IMG/VR virus record: IMGVR_UViG_3300037420_000470
Location: 1-64,000 of that record
Direction: 5' to 3' (one strand)
From: a virus
Lineage: Duplodnaviria > Caudoviricetes
Length of the DNA: 64,000 bases
Shown: piece by piece, positions 16,117-25,561 of the stretch
Layout: each line of letters begins with the position of its first letter
Numbering within the stretch: position 1 is the first letter of the stretch
Notes under the pieces: model-generated
The model's database searches: none
What the model was told of the DNA's origin: nothing
Seen by the model: the letters and a program-made list of their open reading frames with translations, nothing else
Made by a program: the position numbers and the translations under genes

Positions 16117-18516
16117 ATGAGGTTAGTTTGGGATATTGAAAGTAGCGGATTGTTAGACCATACTTCAATCGACTATACTGCAAGCCCATATCAACTTCTT
16201 CCAAGCTTCAGAATTCACTGTATCGTAGCAAAGGATATTGACAGCAAGCAGAAGTACAAGTTTGTAGGGGATGAAGTGAAAACTAAGTTCCCTAGCTTGT
16301 TGGAGAAAGCCTCTGTATTGATTGCACATAACCAAATCAACTTTGACTTGCTGGCAATCAAACTTTACCTTGGCATTGATTACGAGATTGGTGAGACATG
16401 CACAGTCAGTGGCAGAGATGTAAATATCATTGATACGCTTGTTCTGTCTAAAGTGCTGAATCCCGATAGGTATGGTGGGCATAGTATTGATGCCTGGGGT
16501 GAACGTCTGAAGTTGGAAAAGATTGATTGGCGTAGTAAGGCAGTTGAGTTAGGTTTGATTGAACGTAATGCTCCAAAAGGGGCAGAGTTCTTGCAGTATC
16601 ATCCTGAAATGTTAGTGTATAACGAGCGAGATGTTGATGTTAATGAACTCGTTTATAAGGCACTCGTTGAAGAGATGGGTGATTGGGATTGGGCAGGACC
16701 ATTTACACTGGAGCAGCGAGTACAAGACATCATTACTAGGCAACAACATCGTGGTTTCAAATTCAACAAGGAGTTGGCAGAAGCTAACATACGTGATTTG
16801 GATACCAAGATGGAGGAAATACGGCAGATTGTAGAGCCGCTATTGCCACCTAAGCCAATGGGCGTAACAAAGTTAAAGCAGTACATCCCTGGTAAGGAAC
16901 AGTTTAAAAAGAACAGTGAACCTAATGCCAATATTATCAAGTGGTGTGCGAAGCATGGTGGTACTGTAGATGAAAGAGAGGATGGCTATTACACAAAACT
17001 TTATGGTAAAGAGTACAAACTTCCGCTTCCACAAGAGCCAATCCAGACTCACGAAGCTGCAACTGTTAAAGATACAACGCATATAAAAGGATGGTTGGTT
17101 GAGTTGGGGTGGAAACCAACGCAGTATAAGGAACGAGATTTAACTTGTGACAGTAAGAAGAAAAAGCTCTCACGAGAGAAGTTTGTAGAAGCTGTTGAAA
17201 GGTATGTTGAACAAACGCTGAATAGTCCGTTTTGTAAAGACCGTTGTGCAGAGTTGGATGTAAGCCCTAAGAAACTGCGAGAAAAACTGTTAAAGCACGA
17301 TTTAAAGCGACCTCTGAAGGTTTATACCAATCCGACTATCACGGTTGGAATGGAGAAAGAGATTGACCCTGCATTGCTGGAATTGGCTGATCAGTTTCCG
17401 CATGCCAAGTTGGTTTCTGAATATCTGACGTATGCGCACAGGCGAAACTCTATCCTTGGTGGTGGTGTTGATCCTGATGAGATAGATGACGATGACGAAT
17501 GGGCAGGAAAGGGGTTTTTAGCCGCTGAGAGGATTTCTTTTGATGGAAGGATACCAACACCAGCAGACACTTGCGGAGCAGCTACAAGTCGTTTTAAGCA
17601 CAGACTTTGCGCCAACATTCCAAGGGTTACAAGCCTTTATGGTCACAACATGAGGTCTATGTTTGGTGTTGATGTTGATGATGGGTTTTACCAGCTTGGC
17701 TATGACTTTGACTCACTTGAAGCTAAGATTGAGTCTCATTACGTTTATAGGTATGAGGGTGGTCCTGAGTATGGCGTATCACTGACAGCAGAGAAGCCGA
17801 ACGACTGTCACAGCGTTTTAGCTAGAAAGATTACGGGAATTCTTGGAAGGGATTTCCCTAGATCAACTGCTAAAAATGTTAAGTACGGTTGCTCATATAA
17901 TGCACAACCCGCACGAGTGGCTAAGACCGTTGGTTGTGATTTAGAGACAGGACAGATTATCTTTGATGCATTTTGGGAGCAAGCATTCCCATTAAAGCAA
18001 CTCAAAGAGAATATGCAAAAGTATTGGGAGACTAGAGGCGAGAAGAAATTCTTGCTTGGAATTGATGGTAGGAAGTTACCTATCAGAGCGAAAGGCAATG
18101 TAATCAATACAGCATTCCAATCAGCAGGGGTTATTTGTGCTAAACGAGCTATGGTGATCCATGAACAGAAATTGAAAGATGTTGGATTGTATGTGGATTT
18201 CTTCAGGGATGACTGGTGTAATAAAGAGTTTTGCCAGCAACTCATAGCGTACCACGATGAGGCACAGTTGGAGGTTCGTAAGAGCATGGTGAAGTGGAAA
18301 AAGTTTGAATCTGAAGAAGAGTGTAAAGCGTTCAAATCTGACGATGGAAAGGTTTGGAGTGATCCAGTTCACACTGACAAGGGTTGGTTCAGGGGTTACT
18401 GTAAGGCAGGAGAACTAGCCACTGAAGCAGTTAGAGAAGCAGGGCAATACTACAAATTGAATGTAGAGTTATCTGCTGGTTATATGTTGGGAACAGATTG
18501 GGCTACTTGCCACTAA
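16117..18516 (+). CDS. Family A DNA polymerase with 3'-5' exonuclease
   Basis: ExoI WDIES, ExoII AHNQINFD, ExoIII YNERDV; motif A DFDSLE, motif B RSTAKNVKYG, motif C YHDE. Confidence 0.95.
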   Translation: MRLVWDIESSGLLDHTSIDYTASPYQLLPSFRIHCIVAKDIDSKQKYKFVGDEVKTKFPSLLEKASVLIAHNQINFDLLAIKLYLGIDYEIGETCTVSGRDVNIIDTLVLSKVLNPDRYGGHSIDAWGERLKLEKIDWRSKAVELGLIERNAPKGAEFLQYHPEMLVYNERDVDVNELVYKALVEEMGDWDWAGPFTLEQRVQDIITRQQHRGFKFNKELAEANIRDLDTKMEEIRQIVEPLLPPKPMGVTKLKQYIPGKEQFKKNSEPNANIIKWCAKHGGTVDEREDGYYTKLYGKEYKLPLPQEPIQTHEAATVKDTTHIKGWLVELGWKPTQYKERDLTCDSKKKKLSREKFVEAVERYVEQTLNSPFCKDRCAELDVSPKKLREKLLKHDLKRPLKVYTNPTITVGMEKEIDPALLELADQFPHAKLVSEYLTYAHRRNSILGGGVDPDEIDDDDEWAGKGFLAAERISFDGRIPTPADTCGAATSRFKHRLCANIPRVTSLYGHNMRSMFGVDVDDGFYQLGYDFDSLEAKIESHYVYRYEGGPEYGVSLTAEKPNDCHSVLARKITGILGRDFPRSTAKNVKYGCSYNAQPARVAKTVGCDLETGQIIFDAFWEQAFPLKQLKENMQKYWETRGEKKFLLGIDGRKLPIRAKGNVINTAFQSAGVICAKRAMVIHEQKLKDVGLYVDFFRDDWCNKEFCQQLIAYHDEAQLEVRKSMVKWKKFESEEECKAFKSDDGKVWSDPVHTDKGWFRGYCKAGELATEAVREAGQYYKLNVELSAGYMLGTDWATCH

Positions 18517-18527
18517 CGAAAGGAATT

Positions 18528-18788
18528 ATGTTTACATTTTTAACTAGACTATTTAAACAACCTTCTGGCTATAAAATACAACTAACTCATGGGTTCTTTG
18601 CAAGACGCCTTGCTAATGGTAAGTGGGTTCTAGAACGTACTGGTAAGTCGGGCAAAGCTGTTGACTTAGTTTCCAATGAGTTGTTCTATTGGGAGTATGG
18701 AAATCAATTTTACAAAGACTGTCTAGCTGACAGTTATGAAGAGGTTGAGCGTAAGTTTCTTGACATTCTAGCAAAACATGGAATCTGA
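18528..18788 (+). CDS. Hypothetical protein
   Basis: AAGGA RBS before ATG 18528. Confidence 0.65.
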   Translation: MFTFLTRLFKQPSGYKIQLTHGFFARRLANGKWVLERTGKSGKAVDLVSNELFYWEYGNQFYKDCLADSYEEVERKFLDILAKHGI

Positions 18789-19201
18789 TGCTATCACCAA
18801 GACACGGTAAACCAAGAAATGACTATCTCAACTCATTAAAAAAGCCTAAGAGGGCAGATTACGAAAAGCTAGTACATGCTTGTGTAGATGCAATTGTGCA
18901 GGGTGAGAAAGATATTATTGTAGCCTTTGCATACACTCTGAAGTTCCCAAAGGATTTCCCCAAGGGGATTTTAGAGCGCAAGGAAGGGAACAATAATATC
19001 CATCGAATCAAGGCTAGGAAGCTTCTCATGTGGTTACATTCTAAGGGTTATACACCCATCACTGTTGCTGGCTTGAAGTATCAAGCAATGGAGCTAGGAA
19101 AAGTAACGAGTTTTCTAAATAAATTTGATCAAGATTTTGTTGACATAGAACAAGAGTTGATTGATAATGACGTTATTGAAACTGACGAAGGAGAAAACTG
19201 A
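18788..19201 (+). CDS. Hypothetical protein
   Basis: 137 aa ORF, stop/start overlap. Confidence 0.75.
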   Translation: MLSPRHGKPRNDYLNSLKKPKRADYEKLVHACVDAIVQGEKDIIVAFAYTLKFPKDFPKGILERKEGNNNIHRIKARKLLMWLHSKGYTPITVAGLKYQAMELGKVTSFLNKFDQDFVDIEQELIDNDVIETDEGEN

Positions 19202-19398
19202 TGCACGTAGTCACTAAAGATGCAAACGAGAGCAGACTTGAATATCTTCTAAGAGTTGCAATAGAGTACATTAACGATAATCCATACTCTTTGATTTACT
19301 ACGATGAAGCTGTTTGTGATGTTGGTTGTTTGGTAGATGAACTTAGATTGGAACTAGACACACTTAAGGGGTGTAATGGCACAATCAAAAACTCGTAG
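19201..19398 (+). CDS. Hypothetical protein
   Basis: 65 aa ORF, AAGGAG RBS. Confidence 0.65.
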   Translation: MHVVTKDANESRLEYLLRVAIEYINDNPYSLIYYDEAVCDVGCLVDELRLELDTLKGCNGTIKNS

Positions 19399-19585
19399 TT
19401 GGGCTGAAGCATGGATAAATATTGGAATAGGCTATTGCATCAACTTTGTAATGAATCTTGTTGTCTTTAGATCATTTGGTTATAACGTTAGTGTTGCAGA
19501 TAACATTATGATTGGGCTTATCTTTACATTCGTAAGTGTGATTAGGCAGTATGCTATTCGTAGATGGTTTACAAAAGGAGATTGA
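19376..19585 (+). CDS. Small two-TM membrane protein (SWAEAWINIGIGY...RRWF)
   Basis: Two hydrophobic segments; common phage protein pattern. Confidence 0.75.
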   Translation: MAQSKTRSWAEAWINIGIGYCINFVMNLVVFRSFGYNVSVADNIMIGLIFTFVSVIRQYAIRRWFTKGD

Positions 19586-20170
19586 ATGGAACGTAAATGG
19601 TTTAGAAATGTAAGTGGTGAGTGTCCTGTACCTGCAGGTACGTTGATTGATGTTGAGTTTCGTGATCCTGTTGTGTTTCCTGCTGAGTATGGGTTGCCAG
19701 CTTTAAATGAATTCCAGCGCACAACTGCAGCGTATTGGGAACTGGAAGGGGCTAGTAATGATATTATTCGTTGGCGACATTCTGTAGGGGAAGATGGTTG
19801 GATTGTAAATGGTGGGGAGATTGAGTCTGCACCGCTGTACGATCAGACAACTACAGTTGAACTTAAACTAAGAAACGGAGAAACACGTATTGGAGAGGCA
19901 TGTGTTTTTTATTGGGATCATAGGGATGATGACGATTATGATATTGTCAAATACCGTGAATACGTTGAGCCTGTAGTTGAAAACTTTGATATATGCTCTG
20001 ATGAAATTTGTGCAGATGGGATACATCGCTGTAATGACAATGAAGATATTCATACCCTCATCATGAAAGTGAAAGTAGAGTGGGATGACGATGTTACTAA
20101 GTTGGTTGATCTAATCAAAGCACAAAGCACCGTGATTGAAATGTTGATGGAGAAGTTGGAGAATCAATGA
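19586..20170 (+). CDS. Hypothetical protein with two tandem copies of a 'DVEFRDG...W...DDII.WR' module
   Basis: Internal repeat visible in translation (DVEFRD..YWELEGASNDIIRWR / ELKLRNG..YWDHRDDDDYDIVKYR). Confidence 0.75.
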   Translation: MERKWFRNVSGECPVPAGTLIDVEFRDPVVFPAEYGLPALNEFQRTTAAYWELEGASNDIIRWRHSVGEDGWIVNGGEIESAPLYDQTTTVELKLRNGETRIGEACVFYWDHRDDDDYDIVKYREYVEPVVENFDICSDEICADGIHRCNDNEDIHTLIMKVKVEWDDDVTKLVDLIKAQSTVIEMLMEKLENQ

Positions 20171-20706
20171 GTAATATTATAGGTCTAGCTGGAAAAGCAA
20201 AATCAGGTAAAGATACTATAGCAAACTACCTGAAGCTACATTATCCATTTCAGTCAGTGGCATTTGCAGACCCTATTCGAGAAGGCATGAGGGCAATTCT
20301 AGGCTTGGAAGATCGTCATTTTGCTCATCCCGATAAGGAAGTGGTTATTCCTGAGTTTGGTAAGTCTCCAAGACAAATGATGCAAACTCTTGGAACAGAG
20401 TGGGGTAGGAATTGTGTCAATGATGATTTGTGGCTCATCCTGGCAAAGAAGAAGATTGATGCTTACCACAAATTAGGCTTCAATGTTGTCATCACTGATG
20501 TTCGCTTTGAGAATGAAGCAGACATGATCCGTAAAGCTGGTGGGGTGATTTGGCATATTGAACGGGGTGTAGCTGGAACACCACATGGACATGCAAGCGA
20601 AGCAGGGGTTCAGAAAGGGGCATTCGATTGGATCATCTCTAATAATGGTACGTTAGCCAGCTTGTACGGAACTGTTGACAGCATTTTGGAAAGGATGCAT
20701 GGATGA
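20167..20706 (+). CDS. Deoxynucleoside monophosphate kinase
   Basis: IIGLAGKAKSGKDT P-loop, FADPIR, PRQMMQTLGTEWGR, VITDVRFENE. Confidence 0.93.
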   Translation: MSNIIGLAGKAKSGKDTIANYLKLHYPFQSVAFADPIREGMRAILGLEDRHFAHPDKEVVIPEFGKSPRQMMQTLGTEWGRNCVNDDLWLILAKKKIDAYHKLGFNVVITDVRFENEADMIRKAGGVIWHIERGVAGTPHGHASEAGVQKGAFDWIISNNGTLASLYGTVDSILERMHG

Positions 20707-20834
20707 GACAAAGCGATTTCACACAATTTTTAATTATGTTCTACATGTTTGAGGGATGGGCTAATGAAAACAGTACAAAACTTTTTACGTTGGAAGCGTT
20801 GGGTTTCAATCAGTCTAGAAAGGATGAGGGTTAA
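20703..20834 (+). CDS. Small hypothetical protein (43 aa)
   Basis: Hand translation MRQSDFTQFLIMFYMFEGW...; ATGA overlap. Confidence 0.45.
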   Translation: MRQSDFTQFLIMFYMFEGWANENSTKLFTLEALGFNQSRKDEG

Positions 20835-20840
20835 GGGACG

Positions 20841-21143
20841 ATGACATCAAACAAGCAGATGTTAAACATGTCAATGTTTGCTAGTAAGGTGGATTATGAT
20901 GCAGCAATGAGAAAACAACTACAGGAAGAAATGAATATGCAGAAACCAGTTGTACATTATTCTGAAGTAGGTTCTGTGAGTGTTGGCTTCAGAACGTTAG
21001 TAAAACCGATTGATCATTTTCATGGGTATGCAACAAATGGTGATTGGAATCTTACTTCTGAAGTTATCTCTTACGATGAGAAGACAGGGGAGTTGGAAAC
21101 TCGCAACACTATTTACGTAAAACATGTTGACAGCAATCAATAA
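20841..21143 (+). CDS. Hypothetical protein
   Basis: 100 aa ORF. Confidence 0.65.
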   Translation: MTSNKQMLNMSMFASKVDYDAAMRKQLQEEMNMQKPVVHYSEVGSVSVGFRTLVKPIDHFHGYATNGDWNLTSEVISYDEKTGELETRNTIYVKHVDSNQ

Positions 21144-21155
21144 TTAATTTACAAT
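21127..21155 (+). promoter_or_regulatory. sigma70-type promoter
   Basis: TTGACA-17-TACAAT. Confidence 0.8.
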
Positions 21156-21182
21156 AACGTTTCACAACTAATAAGGAGAAGT

Positions 21183-21464
21183 ATGACGGAAGCTGGCATA
21201 AATGACAAACAGAAAGCAATTTTGAAGTTTGCTGAAGAAGTAACTGCTATTGCAATTGAAAAAGAACTAGATTTTGATGTTATTTTCAACGGAATCACTA
21301 TTGTTCTAACAGCATTTCTACTTGATTATTCCATTGATGAAGAAGGTCTAAATCTAGACGTAGTGGAAGAGTCACGAGATTTCTTTGTAAATGGCTTGGA
21401 TAAATATATTCTGCAAGCTATAGAGAATGTTAAGGCTCTAGCTGAGAAAGCTAAAGAGGAATAA
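21183..21464 (+). CDS. Hypothetical acidic protein
   Basis: 93 aa ORF, AAGGAG RBS. Confidence 0.75.
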   Translation: MTEAGINDKQKAILKFAEEVTAIAIEKELDFDVIFNGITIVLTAFLLDYSIDEEGLNLDVVEESRDFFVNGLDKYILQAIENVKALAEKAKEE

Positions 21465-21468
21465 GAAT

Positions 21469-21484
21469 TTCTCATAAATGAGAA
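21469..21484. repeat. Palindrome TTCTCATWWATGAGAA, copy 4
   Basis: GAATTTCTCATAAATGAGAAAAATTC after stop 21464. Confidence 0.95.
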
Positions 21485-21489
21485 AAATT

Positions 21490-21655
21490 CGTAAAGAATA
21501 ACCTTCAACTTACGTTGAAGCTAACGGTGGGTTAATTCCAAGGAATTCCACCTTCGGTGGTGCAGCATCGTAAGCCAAATGGTCTGCCACAACTCCTAGC
21601 CGTGGCACTTGCTGCCACAAAACACAAATGCCCTTGAGGGTGTATTTAATAGAAA
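21490..21655 (+). ncRNA. Structured leader or candidate ncRNA upstream of the SSB-like gene
   Basis: Hairpins at 21503-21520, 21534-21547, 21548-21560, 21602-21618; alternative pairing with 21585-21590. Confidence 0.4.
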
Positions 21656-21667
21656 GGTAGTAATACA

Positions 21668-22324
21668 ATGGCTGTACTTAATAATGTCGTTTTCTTTTAC
21701 ACTAAGATTCAGAGTCCTGTTCCTGCTTTCGTGAAAACGAATAGTGAGTTTGTAGTGGATTGTGTTGTTGATAAAGCCACTGCTAAGGCTTACTCAAAAC
21801 AGTTCCAAAAGCAGAAAGCGAAAGAACTTGATAACGAAGAGTTCAAAGAGAAGTATAAGGTAGAGGAAGTGCCATTTCCTAAGCAAGATGAGCAATATAT
21901 CATTAAGCTGAAGAAGAATCACATCAAAGACGGTAAGCAAACTCCTGACAAATACCGTCCACGAGTGCTTCAAGCAACTGAAGATGGGAATGTTGACATT
22001 ACGTTTGAAAAACTTGTTGGTAATGGTTCTAAGGGTAGAGCTTCTTATCGTGTAACGGAAAATGACTTCGGTACTTTCGCGGAGTTGCAAGCAATCTTGG
22101 TTGAAGACCTTGTTGAATACGGTGGTGGTAGTGTCACTAGTGACTTTGGTGATGTGAAGCTGAAAGATGTTCCTGCTAATCAGAAAGTGGTGAACAAGCA
22201 AGGTGAATCTGAAGAAGCAGAGGAAGAAGAGAAGCCTGCTAAAGCTGCCCCTAAGAAGCCGAATAAAGCTAAGGCTCCTGCGGTGGAAGACGAGGATGAA
22301 TCGGAAGACTTGCCTTTTAACTGA
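21668..22324 (+). CDS. Probable single-stranded DNA-binding protein
   Basis: Acidic tail ending EDEDESEDLPFN; VGNGSKG motif; position in replication cluster. Confidence 0.7.
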   Translation: MAVLNNVVFFYTKIQSPVPAFVKTNSEFVVDCVVDKATAKAYSKQFQKQKAKELDNEEFKEKYKVEEVPFPKQDEQYIIKLKKNHIKDGKQTPDKYRPRVLQATEDGNVDITFEKLVGNGSKGRASYRVTENDFGTFAELQAILVEDLVEYGGGSVTSDFGDVKLKDVPANQKVVNKQGESEEAEEEEKPAKAAPKKPNKAKAPAVEDEDESEDLPFN

Positions 22325-22384
22325 GTGGTAAGGCGAACCACTTAAAAAACCTTGGAGGGTGAAAGCCCTCCTAAAGATTACCAT

Positions 22385-22843
22385 ATGAAGAAATGTTTTA
22401 AATGTAATGAAGTAAAACCACTAGCAGAGTTCTACAAACATCCTCAAATGCTGGATGGTCATGTCAACAAGTGTAAAGAGTGCAACAAGAAGGATGTTAG
22501 AGAGAATAGGGTTGATAAGTTACAGTATTACCGAGAGTATGATAAAGCAAGACGCACTAAGGCTTTCGTAAGCGAAGAAGAATGGAAAGAGTTGAGTGCA
22601 GCGCAGTATCTTAAGACCAAGGAATACAGAAGAACTAATCCTAAGAAGTACAAAGCACATCAAGCTGTTGGAAGGGCTATTTCAAAAGGTTTACTGATTC
22701 CAAGACCTTGTGAAGTTTGCGGCAATGATCAAGTACACGGCCATCATTGCGACTACAACAAACCACTAGAAGTTGTGTGGTTGTGTTCTGAGCACCATGT
22801 AGCTTGGCACAAAGAACACGGTGAAGGTGCTAACGCACATTAA
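22385..22843 (+). CDS. Free-standing HNH/Zn-finger endonuclease
   Basis: KKCFKC...CKEC; CEVCGNDQVHGHHCDYNKPLEVVWLCSEHH. Confidence 0.8.
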   Translation: MKKCFKCNEVKPLAEFYKHPQMLDGHVNKCKECNKKDVRENRVDKLQYYREYDKARRTKAFVSEEEWKELSAAQYLKTKEYRRTNPKKYKAHQAVGRAISKGLLIPRPCEVCGNDQVHGHHCDYNKPLEVVWLCSEHHVAWHKEHGEGANAH

Positions 22844-22898
22844 AATTTAATGTACCCATTTAAGGTACGATTGTACCAATAATAAGTACGTAACATAT

Positions 22899-22930
22899 GC
22901 CCTGCTCCGAAAGGGGCTAGGGCATTTTGC
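22899..22930 (+). terminator. Probable intrinsic terminator
   Basis: GCCCTGCTCC-GAAA-GGGGCTAGGGC stem followed by ATTTT. Confidence 0.55.
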
Positions 22931-22944
22931 ATTTAAGGAAAAGA

Positions 22945-23208
22945 ATGAAACCTACGTGGTATCCTTGGGGAGTGCATATAACATCTGAGGAAGTGAGTAA
23001 GGGTAGGCTTAAAGTAGTGATTGAAGGTGGGAGTCAATCCATAGAAGATGACAGAATGCTGTGCTGGTTCTACCTATTCACTCGTAAGATAAGGATTCAA
23101 CAAGAATTGTTTGACACCATATGGATGGGAGCAAAACGTAATGGTGTAGATTATGGTGTATTTAGTTATTCTGGATGGAAACCAAAGGAGAAAAAGAATG
23201 CTGAGTAA
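22945..23208 (+). CDS. Hypothetical protein
   Basis: ORF track 22927..23208; ATG 22945 after AAGGA. Confidence 0.6.
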   Translation: MKPTWYPWGVHITSEEVSKGRLKVVIEGGSQSIEDDRMLCWFYLFTRKIRIQQELFDTIWMGAKRNGVDYGVFSYSGWKPKEKKNAE

Positions 23209-23344
23209 TGCTTGTATGTTTGTTGCTGGTGCATGTTTTATAACAGCACTATATGATTTGTTTGTACATGACAGGTATGTGAATGGGGTATGCGGTATTA
23301 CGCTGTGTGTTGCTAATGTAGCTATAGGACTCATGGTGAAATAA
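23198..23344 (+). CDS. Small two-TM membrane protein
   Basis: AAGGAG RBS before ATG 23198; hydrophobic. Confidence 0.55.
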   Translation: MLSNACMFVAGACFITALYDLFVHDRYVNGVCGITLCVANVAIGLMVK

Positions 23345-24345
23345 TGGCAGGATTAGCAGTAATTGACGGAGATATAGTATCGTATAGGTGTGCAGCAGCT
23401 AATGAGAAGAGAAGCGTAATAGCAACACACAAAGATACACTTTCAGAACTTGAATTTGACACAGCTACACAATTCAAAGAGTGGGTTAGTGGTAAAGGGT
23501 ACGAGTATGATTGGTTCACTCTCACACCTAAACAAACACCAGCACCAATTGAACATGCTTTGAACTCTGTGAAAACGGTGATTCACAACATCACAGAGAA
23601 AGCTAAGTGTGATTCTTATCATATTGTTGTGTCTGGAAAAGATAATTTTAGGTTAGATTTACCGTTGCCTACACGGTACAAAGGAAACAGAGCAGAAAGC
23701 ACTAGACCGCTACAGTTAGATGAATGCAGGGAATACTTGCTCAAATATCATGATGCTGAAGTGAGTGAAGGTGTTGAAGCAGATGATGTTCTCGTAGGCT
23801 ACATGTACCAAGGCCACAAGGATGGTGATTATGTAGTGCAATGTAGCTTAGATAAAGACGCAAAATGTGGTCCTGGGTGGTTGTTTGATTGGACAACGAT
23901 GAGTGAACCTGAATTGATTGAAGGCTATGGAGAACTTACCTGTACGCTTCGAGAGACAGGAAGAAAGACTGCTAAAGGTGCTCCAGTGTATGACAAGATA
24001 ATCAAAGGTAAGGGGAGAGCATGGCTTTGGTATCAACTAGTGTACGGGGATGCTGTTGATGGATTTAAGCCTTGTGAATTGGCTAAAGCTAAGTTTGGTG
24101 AAGTTGGAGCATACGACTTGCTTAAACATGCGACTAGCGACAAAGAGGCATTAGAAGCAATCGTAACGAAGTATAAACTTTGGTATCCTGAACCAATAAC
24201 CTATCGTGCCTGGGATGATAGTTTGCATACGAAAGATTGGTTAGAAATTATGCAGATGTACGCTGACTGCTGTTTCATGAGGCGTTGGGAAGGTGATAGG
24301 TTGGATGTGAAGAAATTACTTACAAAACTTAAGGTGAATCATTAA
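23344..24345 (+). CDS. 5'-3' exonuclease (phage FEN/RNase H type)
   Basis: VIDGDIVSYR, YKGNR, EADDV, SLDKD, GDAVDG. Confidence 0.92.
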   Translation: MAGLAVIDGDIVSYRCAAANEKRSVIATHKDTLSELEFDTATQFKEWVSGKGYEYDWFTLTPKQTPAPIEHALNSVKTVIHNITEKAKCDSYHIVVSGKDNFRLDLPLPTRYKGNRAESTRPLQLDECREYLLKYHDAEVSEGVEADDVLVGYMYQGHKDGDYVVQCSLDKDAKCGPGWLFDWTTMSEPELIEGYGELTCTLRETGRKTAKGAPVYDKIIKGKGRAWLWYQLVYGDAVDGFKPCELAKAKFGEVGAYDLLKHATSDKEALEAIVTKYKLWYPEPITYRAWDDSLHTKDWLEIMQMYADCCFMRRWEGDRLDVKKLLTKLKVNH

Positions 24346-24731
24346 TGAAACAATTTAAATTTAAGCACTGCAACGACGATGGTGTTATCTACACTGCAAC
24401 GCAAGATGGAAGCGGTTATGCAATCACTTGGGTATATAACGATGGTAGATTGGGAGAAGAGTTTTATGGTGAAGAATCTGTTGAACGGATTCTCAATAAG
24501 GGTATTTGGACTGTTGTAGAAGACATCACTTGCTCTGCGGAGGAACCTAAGCAAGAGGTTCCTACGTTGCTTGAAAAGGTTAAACAATTTGCTAAAGACA
24601 CTGGCAACGAAGTGTATATCAACAAGAATGGCTATTTGATTGGGACTGACAACAGGACGTATGCTGCTAAGGATGACGAAGAATTAGAGCGTAAGATGGA
24701 GGCAATTCGTACTTTGTATGGCGAAGAGTAA
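24345..24731 (+). CDS. Hypothetical protein
   Basis: 128 aa ORF, stop/start overlap. Confidence 0.75.
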   Translation: MKQFKFKHCNDDGVIYTATQDGSGYAITWVYNDGRLGEEFYGEESVERILNKGIWTVVEDITCSAEEPKQEVPTLLEKVKQFAKDTGNEVYINKNGYLIGTDNRTYAAKDDEELERKMEAIRTLYGEE

Positions 24732-25263
24732 AAATACTGTGCTAACTAGATGTAGCGGTACAATGACGGAATCTCAGTGGCTTGCCTGGGTACGTTCTGC
24801 TCTTAGGTCTAAATGGTTGAGATGGAAACCGAGAGCAGATGCACTACGTGCTGCACAAGAGCCATACAAGGGTGAAAATAAACGACAAAAGTTTGCATAT
24901 CGTTGTGCTATGTGTAATAATCTTTTCTCACAGAAAGATGTCGAAGTTGATCATTTTCCCAGAGATGCTGGCAGTATTTTGAGTGTTGATGATATTGGGG
25001 AGTTCTGCAACAACCTCTTCTGTGAAACTGACAATCTCCGCGTAGTTTGTAAAATTTGTCACTCTATATACACACTAAGTCAGCGTAACGGCATAAGTTT
25101 GGAAGAGGCAAGATTGCAAAAACAAGTGATTGAAATTTGTAAAGACAAACAAAAAACTCTTGCTTTTCTTGCTGCGAATCAATATAATGTTAAAACATTA
25201 ACGAATGCAGCAAAACGTAGAGAAGCAGTCGAATCAATACTAAGGGAGAAAATGAGTGCGTAA
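24718..25263 (+). CDS. HNH-type endonuclease, possible Holliday junction resolvase
   Basis: YRCAMC...VEVDH...NLRVVCKICH; follows the exonuclease. Confidence 0.8.
   Translation: MAKSKNTVLTRCSGTMTESQWLAWVRSALRSKWLRWKPRADALRAAQEPYKGENKRQKFAYRCAMCNNLFSQKDVEVDHFPRDAGSILSVDDIGEFCNNLFCETDNLRVVCKICHSIYTLSQRNGISLEEARLQKQVIEICKDKQKTLAFLAANQYNVKTLTNAAKRREAVESILREKMSA
25160..25188 (+). promoter_or_regulatory. Intragenic sigma70-type promoter
   Basis: TTGCTT-17-TATAAT about 70 bp upstream of 25256. Confidence 0.5.
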
Positions 25264-25561
25264 ATGGGTATGTAACGGTGTGGAATTCCGTGAAGGTGAT
25301 CGTGTCAAGGTTGTACGTTTTGAAGAAAACTTAGCACCGAACGGGATGGGTGAAGGAATCGAATGGGATAACACATGGGTCAACGCAAGGTACGAAGATA
25401 ATGGCACGATAAATCTTAACATGGATGGTTATTTCGGAATTGAGTTTGTCATCAACCATATTGACCAAAGCGGAGTCGAATTTGAGAATGATCTTGGCTA
25501 TGCATTCCCGTTGTCTAGCCTAGAAAAAGTAGTTCAATCGCAGTTGAAGGAGGTTGCATGA
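25256..25561 (+). CDS. Hypothetical protein with SH3-like start (FREGDRVKVV)
   Basis: 101 aa ORF. Confidence 0.7.
   Translation: MRKWVCNGVEFREGDRVKVVRFEENLAPNGMGEGIEWDNTWVNARYEDNGTINLNMDGYFGIEFVINHIDQSGVEFENDLGYAFPLSSLEKVVQSQLKEVA

Noticed and set aside
22325-22930. Second group I intron around the ssb-linked HNH
   Set aside because: Flanking hairpins exist, but no P/Q/R/S core was found and the ssb gene ends with a complete acidic tail.
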